From Octopus sinensis (taxonomy: Eukaryota), in assembly GCF_006345805.1 (NCBI RefSeq), contig NC_042998.1, positions 127,162,001-127,226,000 of the forward strand: DNA of 64,000 bases, given 5' to 3'. Of this stretch, positions 13,016 to 26,085 are shown piece by piece. Both the position numbers and the translations under genes were made by a program. The notes under the pieces were generated by a model. That model had not been told where the DNA came from. It made no database searches and saw nothing but the letters and a program-made list of their open reading frames with translations. Every line of letters begins with the position of its first letter. Position 1 is the stretch's first letter.

Positions 13016-13670
13016 CCCTTTCAAAGTTAACTATAAATATTATAATTATAATTAATATTTCCATTCTGGATAATCTTCATTTTTTTTTCTATTGACTTCT
13101 TCATAAGGCTGAAAATTATGTGCAATTCTTTATGTGTTTTCTGTGTTATAGAACTATCTCTCTCTTTCTTACTGACTCATTCACTCTCTCACATACTCAT
13201 TCTCCTCTCTCTCTCACTCTCCCGCTCTTTCACTCGCCTTATCTCATTCTCCCTCTCTTTCTCAAGCACCAGATGTTATTTTACTCGAAAACAAGTCGTA
13301 ACGGGTTTTTCTTTCGAACATCCTTTCTCCCTTCACGATTAACTATAAATATTATAATAATTATTCATATTTCCCACATTAATGTTTCCTTTATTTTGTT
13401 AACTGTCTTGCCCCTCGATTAAACCTTTGTGCGATTGGTTGTCTAAATCTCTATCTGCTTCATAAGCTCTCTCACCCACTGCCACCATTCTCCCTATCTC
13501 GCTCACATATTAGCACACACAAACACAGACATATAACATTTCTCTTTCTCTCCTTCTCTCCTTCCTTTCCACCTCTCTCTCACTAAACAACACTCGTTAA
13601 TTGCAAATAGGATTACTTTATTTTTTGTAATATTGTTCTTCCCTTCGTAATTAACTATAAATATTATAAT
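13016..13670 (+). repeat. Three copies of a ~30-bp motif at 313/312-bp spacing (fourth copy at 11599)
   Basis: CCCTT(CG/CA/TC)...TTAACTATAAATATTATAAT begins at 13016, 13329 and 13641. Confidence 0.75.
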
Positions 13671-14424
13671 TTTCATAATTACCAACTGGAGTATTCTGCA
13701 TTCTCTTTATTGTCACTCCCCTCGATTTAAAAACCATGTGTAATCTAACCCCCAAAGCATCCACGTCTTCCACCGTCACCATTTTCTGTAAAGTTTATTA
13801 TGGTGCTATGTGTCCCGTGACAACCAAAAACATGGCATCAGCTTCATTATGAGAGTGCCAATGCTGGAACCCTATGTTCATACACTAATCTCCAGAATGT
13901 ATTCTTTATTTTCCCCTCCATACATACAATTCTTGGCTGTAGAAAAATAAATATATGTACCACCCTCAGGTTAGTAAGTGAGCCGTTTAATTGATCGCAT
14001 GTATCTGTAGATTTTAAGATTAACGAGTGCTCTAAATCTAGCTTCATGGTAGCTTACTAACCATTCAAGTCAATACATTGCTACGGCAAACCTAGTTCAT
14101 TCTCTAATATATAATCCCATTTTAACACTGAAGGCATGTAGTGGCATTCGGTTACTATTTTAACAGCTTTAAGAGTGAAAATTTCATGATTTGTGGGAGA
14201 TAGGTTTCATCGTTGGTTACTGCACTGGGGGTCTCATAGTTGTTGTATAGCTTCAAGAGGGAGGAAATCAAGCAGAATTATAATTAAAATCATTTCAACC
14301 TTGACCCCACCATTACCTTTTTGTTTATCAGTGATTGCATTATCTAATAGGGCTTTTTAAAAAAAGACTTTAGTGTCTTCGCTCTCCCTTTATCTCTCTC
14401 TCTGTCACACTCTCTGTCTATTAC

Positions 14425-14431
14425 ACACACA

Positions 14432-14514
<83 letters not shown>

Positions 14515-14532
14515 TACACACACACACACACA
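14425..14532. repeat. (CA)n microsatellite
   Basis: Directly visible. Confidence 0.95.
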
Positions 14533-16554
14533 CAACGGAATTACATCTTATAATTTCGCTTAAGAAATAGACAAAGATATGAATTCGATTCAGTACATTT
14601 GTACATGCTTTCGCTCGTCATTTGTAGATTTGGATCAAGTTCTGCACGTAACTTACAGCTATGAATACGTATTTCGTTAAAATGATAAACTGATATAAGC
14701 AAGAATCTGAACTCTCTGTATACCCTGATTTTTGTCAGACACATAGTTTCAATATACAATTCTTAATGAAGGGAGGATATTATGTTCTGAGTAGTCACCA
14801 GTTAAGCTGAGGCTGGTTTAATGCGATATAATCGTACAGATCCTAACAAATCTCTGTATAGGTTACAGACTACTACAAACTATCATTCACCGTGAGGTTT
14901 ACTATTCGGCATAATGGTAAAACCTGATCCTTATCCAAGTCATGCCGGTATAAGGCATTCACTCACAGCATACTATTCATGCACTGTTTATATCAATGAC
15001 ATCACCAGTTTTTGGACCACCCCACACTCTGGACATTTTGCTCCACTACAGCAACACTCTCTTCTCTAAATCAACTTTAGTTTTATTTCCACCTTGTAAA
15101 CCGATACCTGTTGATGGCTATCTCACTGATTGGTTTATATACCTGTCATTTAGCCATTCATTTATTCTTTCGTAATTTATCTGTTTATTCAGTAATTATT
15201 CATCTCATTCATCTTCTTTATTCTATATTCTAACTATTTATTTAATTGATCCATTTATCCGACTTTATTTTACTTTTGTCTTATTTTACCTTACTTCATT
15301 TGGGAATACATATATAAACACAATGCAAGGAATATGCAGAATGGAAAAAAAAAATCTGAAAACTCCACCGAAAGAATTGACTAGTTTAGAAATTTACTGA
15401 ATTATATTTTTTTTAAACAGTTGTTTATTGTCTTTCCTTTTTTTTTCTTTCTTATCTATGGTCCCAGAAAAACTGATTGCTTCAAACTACGGAAGTCGTC
15501 TTAAAACATCACTAGTTATACTCCATTGCAAGATGTATACTGACCAATCAAGAACCCGGATTCCACCTATAATTTTGGCTGTGACCAAATATGACCAAGG
15601 AGAAGTACAGGTCAAAAGATCCAGTTATTAAATGTCGATCGCGAGAAACTCAGTGTATCCAGGTTATCCTCGTTGCTGCCGACCGTACAAATTATTTACA
15701 CCTCTACTTCAAGTATTGAATGCTTTATCCTGTTAATTACCACTGACTTACACACACGCATACACAATGTGTGTGTGTGTGTGTGTGTCCACAGTCCACT
15801 CGAGTTTCCACATCTTGAGACATTAGCAATAGAGCACCATGAAATTTAAGCGCTGTAGTAGAGTAATGTAATGTAGTAAATAGAAATGCATCATACTCAC
15901 CCGACATATTTACACCTACAAAGTAATAGTGATCACGAGAATGAACTGTTTCTGGTATAGGTCAGTTCTATTTAGCAAGGAAGATAATTTTCCCACCAAC
16001 GATAACATTTCTACCAGTTAAAGTGTCCATGTGACGTTTACTCGCTCGTTTGTGCCAAAAATATGGAGTAATGAGGGTTTGTTTAATGCCTTGTATTCTA
16101 TGCCGTACAAATTCTCTGTATAAGTGTAAGTATTATGCTATATTCTGTTGCAAAATATCTAAGGGACTTTTAGGGATGTTTTAGCGGCTAAGAATGTGCC
16201 ACTTGAGTGAACACTTAACAGATTAGCGAACTGAATATTAAATTAGGGATATAATTAAATTAGGGATATAATCTAACTTTGAGATTGATAAAAGAGGCTT
16301 CCGGAGAACTTTTGCGGAGCTGACGGTTAATGGATTTTTCAAGGGCTCAGCGTACAAATCCACCGACAATATTGATAACTAGCTCTCTTCAAGAGATTGA
16401 CGGACCCAAAGGCTAGCTACAATGAAAGATCAAGTGCTAATCTAACAGGAATGTAAAACCACTTTAAAACATGAATAATCGATACATTGAAAATGTGTTT
16501 ATTTTCCAAAAGGCTTAATGCAATTATTTGAATTCTTCCAACGAGGAAACGTTT

Positions 16555-16626
<72 letters not shown>

Positions 16627-19600
16627 GTGTGTGTGTATACATAATTACATACATGTGCACATGTACGTGTTTATGTGTATGTATGTACATACGTACTTAC
16701 ATACAAATCCATGTTTCATATCTCAGCACATTTTAAGGGGAAAAATTGAGATGTTTACTAAACCGTTTCATTACTGTTAGCTTATTTTACTTCATACGAT
16801 ATAATAGCAGACAAAATGTAAAAGAAGACGAATCGAGCAATACAAATCTAATATATAAGGATCGAATAATAATGTAATTTTATGCGAAAGAATGAGAAGA
16901 ATATCAAGTATATAGATTTAAAACATGCAGACTAGCAATTTAGTGCATAAATTTAAATTTCATTCTCACCATACGTAATCTCTCATATTGGAACTATTTG
17001 AAATTAGGTCAAATAATACAGACTTCTGTTAGTTGGTGTATGGTTAATAATACTTATCTACACTTTCATTAGGTAGCGTTTCTGGCTCTATAATAAATGC
17101 ATTCAGTAATAATATAATCAGTGGAAATGTTGTATTTATCTTATATCCATAACTTACTTTGAATTCATATAATCACTTCATTATCTAAAGTATTTGTAGC
17201 TTCAGAAAGTATTATTTAACCATTAGATATAACAATCAAGTATGGGAAGTATTTCTAGTTTGAAAGTCAAGCGGTTGTTAGCGTAATTGGGAAAGAATTA
17301 TGAATTCGAACTGGAGATGCACTCACTTTTAAATCTAAAGATAACTGTGGTATTCGTTCATAACTAACACAAAATAAGTAATGTAAGTTAATTAAAAAAC
17401 ATTCTACTGAAGAAATGTCAGAGAAAATGATTTATTATAAAATAAGGGCAGATGCAAAGCCGTATGCAACATAACAACGTGCAAGATTAGTGAAAGAAAG
17501 ACATTTGAGATACCATAGTGGCGTTTTTCTCTGCTGTTAGGTTCTCTATCGGTACAAAACAGTTATTCACAAAATATAAACATATTGTGTATACACTAGT
17601 AACCGCTTTACACTTCCTATATAGCTGTAAATAGGAACAAATAGAGGGTGGAATTTCCTCGATGTAATCAACAATTACATTATAACAATTACTACATGAG
17701 TACTGAGAAAGAATGTTTGCGAGAATCCAGGAAAATGAAAGCTTTGCAACGCTTACAAGATAAAAACATACACTGAAAGTGTATATGTAATCACTTACTA
17801 TGCCAGAAAGAGTGAGCAATTCTTAAAATCAGACCTTAATATCTTAAAATAAGGGCATATTAGATGATGTGCTCCTTTGTCTAGTTAATACGTGCAAAGG
17901 CTACGGTCGGAGACCCTTGATTATAACACTGCCTGAAAATGTTGACATGAAGCTGGTTCTTTTGTTAAACAGCATAAAGGAACAGCCTCTTTATGACGTT
18001 GATTTCTTTCATTTTTGAAATAAGAGCTATCTACTTATATTAACTTTCAAATCGCTGAATTCTGGAGATGACTGAAAAGAAGAACCCACTCGTAAATGTT
18101 GCAGAATAAATGCGTATATACCTCAACATGTTTGTATGAAACATATAACTAGAAAGATCTAGAGAGAATGTTATCTGTCAGTTTATTTTAAAAGGTAGTT
18201 CGTTAGGTTTGTAGTTGATTAAATTGGTAAAAGTTATTCACATCTTTTGATTGACTTCTAGTTATGAAAAAAGGGCAGTCAACTGAAGATTAAATAAACC
18301 AATAAAACAAAAGAAAACAACATTCAAAGCAACTTTGAATTAGAAAATAAATATTCTTTTATCAAGTTAATCAACATCAATCAACAAACATCCTTGAATA
18401 TTGAATGAATTAAATATAGCCAACTTAAAAGGTAGTTGCGGCTGGTGTTGGTTAAACATTGCCTGTATTAAAGAAATTAAATTTTATCTAATTTGTTTTC
18501 ATCGTTTTATCCGATGAAGAAATGAAATGCAAGTTCAATCGAACAATCATTTCGATTTGAACAAGTTTATTTACTCAATGAATTTTCTTTATTTATTTCT
18601 TTTTTATCAAAAGTATAATATCAAAAGTATTTCAATATATTTGATAAGTAGTAAAGGAGAAAAATAACAAACATCGTGATGTAATTGAAAATCTTTTTCA
18701 AGCAGAGTGGAATGGCTATACAATATTTTCCTCTTCTAGTTGATGAAGCAGTTATAAAACCTCGCCTTTTTCTCGTTTCAGGCACTACGAAGCTTCATAT
18801 TTCTAAAATGTGCATTCCAATTTTGAATAAAAAGCACTCATCCCCATAATATGAAAACTAAAACAAAGCTAATTTATTAAACATGTCCTCGATTTGCTAA
18901 TTACCACTGAACTCTGTAGATGGGATCTTCAACTATTGACCTTCCATAACTATCTGTTTCTCACCTTTTCTCCAAAACCTGTGACATCTATTTCGATTTC
19001 TCATTATCTTTCTCATTCTTTCTCCTTCTGTCTTCTTTTGTCTTCTTATAGGATTCGCCATCATTTCCTTATTCCATCTCCTATACTAAGCTTAAACCTT
19101 TAATTTCTATCACTCCCTAACATGTCACTCTTAGATATTCTCTCTTTTTGACGATTTTTCTATTCTCCTGCTTTGTCTTTTAATTCAAGTAGTCCCTTCC
19201 TTATATTCCATTCTCTGTAGTTCGCTACCCATTCCATTATTATACTATCTTCCTTATTCTGTCTTATTCTTTCACTTTATCTCAATTTAAGATACATTCT
19301 TGATTTATTTATGATGTATTTTTCAAGTGTCCACTTTCTCTTCCTTTCTCTCTTTATCATTTGAAATTTAGAATTAAAGACCACAAAAACCATTTCCATA
19401 TTCTCTGCTTCTTGAATCTTGAATCGTGTGTGTGAGTGAGTGTGTGTGTGCGTGTGTGCATGTGATAGGGCTTTATAGATATCAAGATGAACACAATACG
19501 CTAATTAAAGCCACTAATTAGGAACTAAATCAAACCCAAATATGTTTGACGCATATTACTCAATGATGATCGTGTGTTCATGTTAGAGTGAATAAACAAG

Positions 19601-19981
19601 TATACTGACATCTGAAAAAGAAAACACCTAATTTTCTTCCGGGCAAGGATGAAACTGGTTGAATTAACCTGCGTACATGACTGGCAAGTTCATTATCGAG
19701 ATACAAAAGAGTGCTTGTATAAAATGTCTTCAATAATAAACACCGAATAGAGAAGAGCTGAATTTAGATTATTGTCACAATACTAAGTAGATAACACGCT
19801 GAGTACATCACATCCACAATTTCAGATAGCCAAGAGTTCATTTAGTAAATCTTGGAGTATTTTCAGATTCGTCGTGCTTTAGCAAGCTGAATGCTACTTA
19901 GATATAAACGAACATTGATTGGCACCCAACAATTACATTTGATACTGTACATTAAAATAATTAATTGTGTGTTGGAAAAAA

Positions 19982-20138
19982 AATACACACACACATACAC
20001 GAAGCTCACTTCTCTGGAATTAAAACTTCAAATTGAGGAGCGTATTACACTTATAGTTCGCAATATTCTAACAATAATTCTCTTCAATTTGAAGTTTTAA
20101 TTCTAGAGAAGTGAGCTTCGTGTATGTGTGCGTGTATT
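19982..20138. repeat. 59-bp inverted repeat with 39-bp spacer
   Basis: Arm 19982-20040 vs reverse complement of 20080-20138: 56/59 matches by eye. Confidence 0.9.
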
Positions 20139-20451
20139 ATATGTACAAGAGCTTTACAAAAATTCTTTCACAATGAATTATATATGGACTTCATGTTATG
20201 ATGTTGGAATAGAAAAATATATCATTGCGACTTCCTTGCAATTCTCAATAAAATCCCTACTGCTCCTGCTACTGCTGCTGCTGCTTCTGTTGCTACTGCT
20301 GCTGCTAATACTACTACTACTACTGCCTTGTTTGTTCAGGCTCTTTACATTCTGAGTTCAAATCCTACAAAGATCAACGTCCAGAAAATAACGTACAACG
20401 TATCTAGTTGTTCATTATCAAAATGAAATTGATACTCTCTCTCTCTCTCTC

Positions 20452-21660
20452 TCTGCGCTAATTCGTCATTGCGCTAATTCCTCTCACAAATATACTGAGA
20501 AAACCCAGGCCTGCCTATGAGTTTATCAAAAGCATGATGAGAATAAATCATCCACTTTATATGGATAATCTCAAAGATATGTGCAAAAATGAATCAGACT
20601 TGGATTCTCTAATCCAAACAGTGACATGAATTAGAACGCACTTTGAAGTAGATAAATGTTCAGTACTAACTATGGAGAGGGGCTAGAAGATAAAGTCTGG
20701 TGGCATAAAATTACCGCAAGGCAACATCATTAGATCACAGTAGAATAATGAATACTGTAAGACAACAAGATGAGGGAAAGAGAAATGAGAGTGAAAGTCA
20801 CTAAAGAGTACAACAGAAGAACTAAGAAGGTGCTCGAAGCAAAATTCAATGGAGGGACATCATGAAAGCCATAAATACATGGGCAATGCCAATACTTGCT
20901 CTTTTTCCTGAAATGGACGAAGATAGAGCTGCAGAATATGGAGAGAAAAAATTAAGTTGCAAAAAGTTCACAACCTATTCAATCCTAATACTAATACTGA
21001 CCAACTCTATCTGTCAAGAAGGGAAGGTGTAGAGGATTACTTAGCGCGGAAGGCACTACTGGTACTGATATATTGGGTCTGAAAAATTATGTTCTACAGA
21101 GTAAAGAAAGAATACTTAAGGCAACCAGAGATATCCAAAAGTTGACGGAAACAGTAATAAAATTCAAAGAGAATAGGAACAACAATAGTATTAAAAAATG
21201 GAAAGAAATGGAAGTGTCTGATCAATTCATGCAACAAACTGAAAATGTTGGAAGTGAAACCCATAGACTTTGATTGACGGACAGCAACTTGAAACAAGAA
21301 CGAGAAACGTTAATTATAGCCGCTTAGGAAGAAGCCCTTAGAACAAATCTCATGAAAGTAACGATCCAAAAGACTCAGTCAGATAGCAAATGTAAAATCT
21401 TTGAGTAAGTGCAGTGTACTCGCACAAAAGAGTACTAGTGCATACACGACAGTGTAGTCAAAAGAATGCATTGGCATGTTAGTCGAGCATGTAGCTTCAA
21501 AACACCAGAAAAGTGGTATGAACACAAGCCAGAGGCTGTGATAGAAAATGAGAATTAGATCTTGTGGGATCTCACCATAAAAACTGACCGTGCCACTGAG
21601 TCAAGAAGACCAGACATGATTATTGGGGACAGAATAAACAAATATCCTTACAAAATATCT
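20452..21660 (+). pseudogene. Degenerate R4/Dong-clade LINE fragment (RT palm through RLE start)
   Basis: FVIALIPLTNILRKPRPAYEF...INHPLYMDNLK (YMDD motif decayed), KAINTWAMP, and LWDLTIKTDRATESRRPDM. Many stops and frameshifts. Confidence 0.78.
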
Positions 21661-21725
21661 TCAATCAACAACCTTACGATATTGTATACTGAGCGACGTC
21701 TATAATAATAATAATAGTAATAATA

Positions 21726-21770
<45 letters not shown>

Positions 21771-21775
21771 TGATA

Positions 21776-21825
<50 letters not shown>

Positions 21826-21826
21826 A

Positions 21827-22585
21827 ATGGCTATGGTTGTAGAAAGGAATGCTGAAAACGGAGAAAGTTTGTTAGTAGCAGCACAAGATGAAGCATTAAG
21901 GTTTAATTTGATAAATGCCAAGATAGACAAAACCCAAGTAGATTCCTAATGTAAATAACGCAAATTAAAACAGGAAAGCGTTACTCATATACTAAGTGAA
22001 TGTAGCATGCTGGCACAGAAAGAATACAAGAAAAGACATGGCAACCAAGGGAGAGAAATCCACTGGGAGTTATGTAGAAAGCTAAGATTTGACGATACTG
22101 ACAAATGGTATGAACATGAATCTAATAAAGTTCTAGAAAGTAAGAAATACACGATGTTATGGGATTTTAACATTCAGATTGACAGAGTGATAAGAGCTAG
22201 AAAACCTGATTTAGTAATAGTGCATAAAGAGAATAAGAAGTGCCAGATAATTAACTTTAACAGTCGAAAATGATGAAAAACATGAATATGAGAGGTATAG
22301 AAAAACTAGCTAAGTACCAGGAACTAACCATTGAACTGCTGAGACTGTGGAAAGTGCGGATAAAATGTCGCCCAGTAGTTATAGGTGCATTGGGAACTAT
22401 CCCTAAATATTTGAACTGATGGATAGAGGAAATAGGCATAAAACGCAGTTTAGTACAGCTCCAGAGAATTGTCTTATTAGGGACATCTAGGATCCGTAGG
22501 AGTGTTCTTGGTATCCAAGGTCACTCGTAACCCGATGTAAGGATATTTTCTATCCCAACGGTCAAATCTGTTGCGTGTATATGAA
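21827..22585 (+). pseudogene. R4/Dong-clade LINE 3' fragment with CCHC knuckle, RLE, 3'UTR and (GAT/AAT)n tail
   Basis: LLVAAQDEALR, ESVTHILSECSMLAQKEYKKRH, LWDFNIQIDRVIRARKPDLV, KLAKYQEL, PVVIGALGTIP. Microsatellites on both sides. Confidence 0.88.
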
Positions 22586-22604
22586 AATGATGATGATGAT
22601 GACG

Positions 22605-22696
<92 letters not shown>

Positions 22697-22942
22697 TTCG
22701 TTCAACATCCTTAAACAACCTTTATTCAGGGACCTTTCGAGTGGGATGGGTTACTCGACCTGAAGAAAATTCTGCAAGGTCATGTGCTGTTTATTTTGAT
22801 ATGAGATCCCCATGTCGCGCACATATGGTTGTGATGCATGTGCCTAGTGTACCCTTATCAGACGGGTAGTCATGATGGGTATACTGGGCTTCGTATATTT
22901 TACCCCATTGTCACTTTGATGGCATGCACTGCTCTCTCACTC
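22697..22942 (+). repeat. ~245-bp non-coding repeat ending in (AAT)n; second copy at 24504-24735
   Basis: Shared blocks CCTGAAGAAA, CTGCAAGGTCATG, CGCGCACATATGGTTGTGATGCATGTGCCT, GTCACTT(T/C)GATG(G/A)CA(T/C)GCACTGCT. Confidence 0.8.
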
Positions 22943-22992
<50 letters not shown>

Positions 22993-23028
22993 GAAGAAGA
23001 AGAAGAAGAAGAAAAGAAGAAGAAGAAG

Positions 23029-23064
<36 letters not shown>

Positions 23065-23140
23065 AATAATAATAATAATAATAATAATAATTAGAAGAAG
23101 AAGAAGAAGAAGAGAAGAAGAAGAAGAAGAAGAAGAAGAA
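22943..23140. repeat. Compound (AAT)(AAG)(AAC)(AAT)(AAG) microsatellite
   Basis: Directly visible. Confidence 0.95.
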
Positions 23141-23584
23141 ATTACAGCATGGACTACACTAAGAAGCTCTCTTCATAAAACAAACTTAATCCAATAACAT
23201 CGGTGCAATGAAAGGAAAATTTCGCGATACAACTGTGGAAAAATTTCTGGTAAAACAAAGGAACTAAAACAACGGAAGGATTTTGGTTAAATACAGTGTA
23301 ATTTCTTTCTTAAATGCATAAAATCTCAATGTGACATACGCAAGACGTCGAAACCAGCACCAGGAACTCTGGAAAAATACACCAAACACACCAATTACAC
23401 ACTAAGTACGTATATTGAATAATTACCTATACATGCAACTGTCCACACATCCATGTGCGCATGCCAATATTTACAAGCACCATAAATAATGCTTACAGGA
23501 CACACACCCAAACAATAACCTGATTGTACAAACATGCACTTCATGTAGAAATTTGTAGGTAACGAAGTGAGTAGATATATATAG

Positions 23585-23620
23585 ACGCAAATCAATTAAG
23601 TAATTACTTAATTGATTTGC

Positions 23621-23622
<2 letters not shown>
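23585..23622. repeat. Perfect 38-bp palindrome with no spacer
   Basis: ACGCAAATCAATTAAGTAA|TTACTTAATTGATTTGCGT; extends into (TA)n with one mismatch. Confidence 0.95.
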
Positions 23623-23659
<37 letters not shown>

Positions 23660-23660
<1 letters not shown>

Positions 23661-24503
23661 TGCTAGTTAGCTGACGCTGAAATTAGACAAATTAGGACAC
23701 AAATATCTCATGGAGACCAAATTGAAACAACAACAATGCATATGAAATAGGTAACCGATGCAGAGAACGATGTACGAGCAGTACATCCCAACGAGGAAGC
23801 TGAAGAAAGAATAGCCAAGAACATATATGCGGAATAAGAGGACCTACATCAATAACACCAGAATAGATATGACACACAATTTGAGGTGAATAATAAAGGG
23901 AAGACCATAGAAGCAACAAAAAGATATTATGAGAGAACACAACAAGACTGAATTTACTGACATGATCAATAGAGAACCGCTGCCAAAGCTCTCAAACAGC
24001 ATTAAAAAACTACGTAATCATGATATATAATATAGCTCTTAAAGAGATCGTAAGAAATAAGGGAAATGACCTAACAACCTTAAATAACCTCATCTATTCC
24101 ACTGCTAAAGTTGTAACTGTCCAACTAGGTATCAGGACGACACGGAAAAGGACCAACTATAACAATGGACCTTCTAAATGGAAAGTAGCAATACAAAATG
24201 AGATCGAATCTTTGTGGACGGATGTATCAGTTCTCGATGAACTTGCTGGAGGAGTAAATGTTAAGACGAAACGGGTTAGAAAAATCAAGCCGAAATATAA
24301 AATCAAAGATTTTATAAAACTCTCTACAGCCAAAGAACGAGTGAAACAATGAATACAACTGAAAGGCCAGTGGCCCAGAAGGTATGACAAGAGGATAAAC
24401 ATTTTATCGACAAAACACAGTATTCAGGACGGATGCAAAAAACTTTTATCGGGAAATTGGCAAGATAGAAGTAAAGGAGCCACATAAAACTGAGGAAATA
24501 GAA
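23660..24503 (+). pseudogene. R4/Dong-clade LINE N-terminal ORF fragment
   Basis: DLTTLNNLIYSTAKVV...SKWKVAIQNEIESL...KERVKQ*IQLK...RRYDKR, then after a shift QNTVFRTDAKNFYREIGK. Aligns by eye to the N-terminal part of the 53-56.6 kb element. Confidence 0.8.
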
Positions 24504-24759
24504 GAGCGGGATGGACTACTCAACCTGAAGAAACTTCTAACTGGGCCCCACCTGCAAGGTCATGGACTGTTTATCTTGATATGAGTTCCCATTATCGCGC
24601 ACATATGGTTGTGATGCATGTGCCTCGTGTAATCTTATCAGTCGGGTAATCATGATAGGTATATTGGACCTCGTATATTTGTACCTGAGTGTCACTTCGA
24701 TGACACGCACTGCTTTCTCAACAACGATAATAATACTTTGCAACGATAATAATTCTTTG

Positions 24760-24953
24760 CACAAAGTAAGTAATAACAGAGGAGGAGGTTAGTCGATTAC
24801 AGCGACCCCTATGATCGACTGGTATTTTTTCGACTCCGAAAAGATGAAAGGCAAAATCGACTTCGGCGGAATTCGAACTCAGAACATAAAGACGGATGAA
24901 ATGCTGCTAAGCATTTTACCCTGCGTTTTAACAATTCTGGAGCTCACTGCCTT
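24760..24953 (-). mobile_element. SINE copy, degenerate
   Basis: Reverse complement of TTCTGAGTTCGAATTCCGCCGAAGTCGATTTTGCCTTTCATCTTTTCGGAGTCG. Confidence 0.8.
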
Positions 24954-25637
24954 TACGGCACATTAAGGATGTGTATATAGATTTCAAACACCGAGGACGG
25001 CATGGAATCAAAGCCCCGTTTTCCACTCAAACCTAAGTCAATAGAATTAACATCGAATTGATGGATGCTTCTGATTATGAAATATAAATAATGACACAAT
25101 TCCCGCATTTTAATTTCACATGTTTGGGAAATGTATAAGAGTAAATAAGATAAATATGAATGTGTACATTATCTTGACTAGATGTAACTCAAAATAATTC
25201 GACACGGAAGCATGTTTACACAAATACATATACAGAAACAATCAGCCGAAGTCGCACGCAACTTAATATAACAAAAATGCATACAAACGCACACAGAAAC
25301 ATACGTGCAAGTGTGTGCTTAAGATACATTCTCGTCAAATAACAGAGCGTTTGTACATGGGTTCTTGAAAGATGGGCTCAACGTGTTGCATTTATAGTAT
25401 CAAGAGTTAACAGAGGTTTCTAGTGTTGAAATAGAATAGGTGAAGTGAATAAACATAACTACGCACGATGTTCAGTTTGCTCACAAATGTATTGCAACAA
25501 TACTCGATAAACGAGAAAAAGAAAATCATATACTTGATCGCATTCTTTCCTTTTCCTTCATCGAATACTTTCCTTTCCATGGAAGATACATATTTACTGA
25601 AGCTGCGCAAGAAAATTGCTCGAGCAGCTACAGACGC

Positions 25638-25640
25638 ACA

Positions 25641-25705
<65 letters not shown>

Positions 25706-26085
25706 TACACACACAAACACGCATGCACACACACACACATACGCATGCACACACACACACGCATGCACACACAAACACATACACATACACACATACACAC
25801 GCAAACACATACACACACACGCATGCACACACACACGCATGCACACACAAACACACACAAACACACACACACACAAACACACACACACAAACACATACAC
25901 ACACACACGCATGCACACACACACACGCATGCACACACACATGCATGCACACACAAACACATACACACAGACACACAGACGCAAACACATAGACACACAC
26001 GCATGCACACACACGCGCGCATGCACACACACACGTATGCACACACACACACGCATGCACAAACACACACGCACGCACGCATACA
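25638..26085. repeat. Complex (CA)n-derived minisatellite with CACGCATGCA and CAAACACATA variants
   Basis: Directly visible; source of the long His/Thr and Val/Cys ORFs. Confidence 0.9.

Noticed and set aside
13016-13670. CRISPR-like array
   Set aside because: Eukaryotic context, ~280-bp spacers, degenerate AT-rich repeats and no cas genes.
14940-15070. CR1/L2-type RT remnant (YINDI)
   Set aside because: Only one short motif; flanking translation is not convincing.
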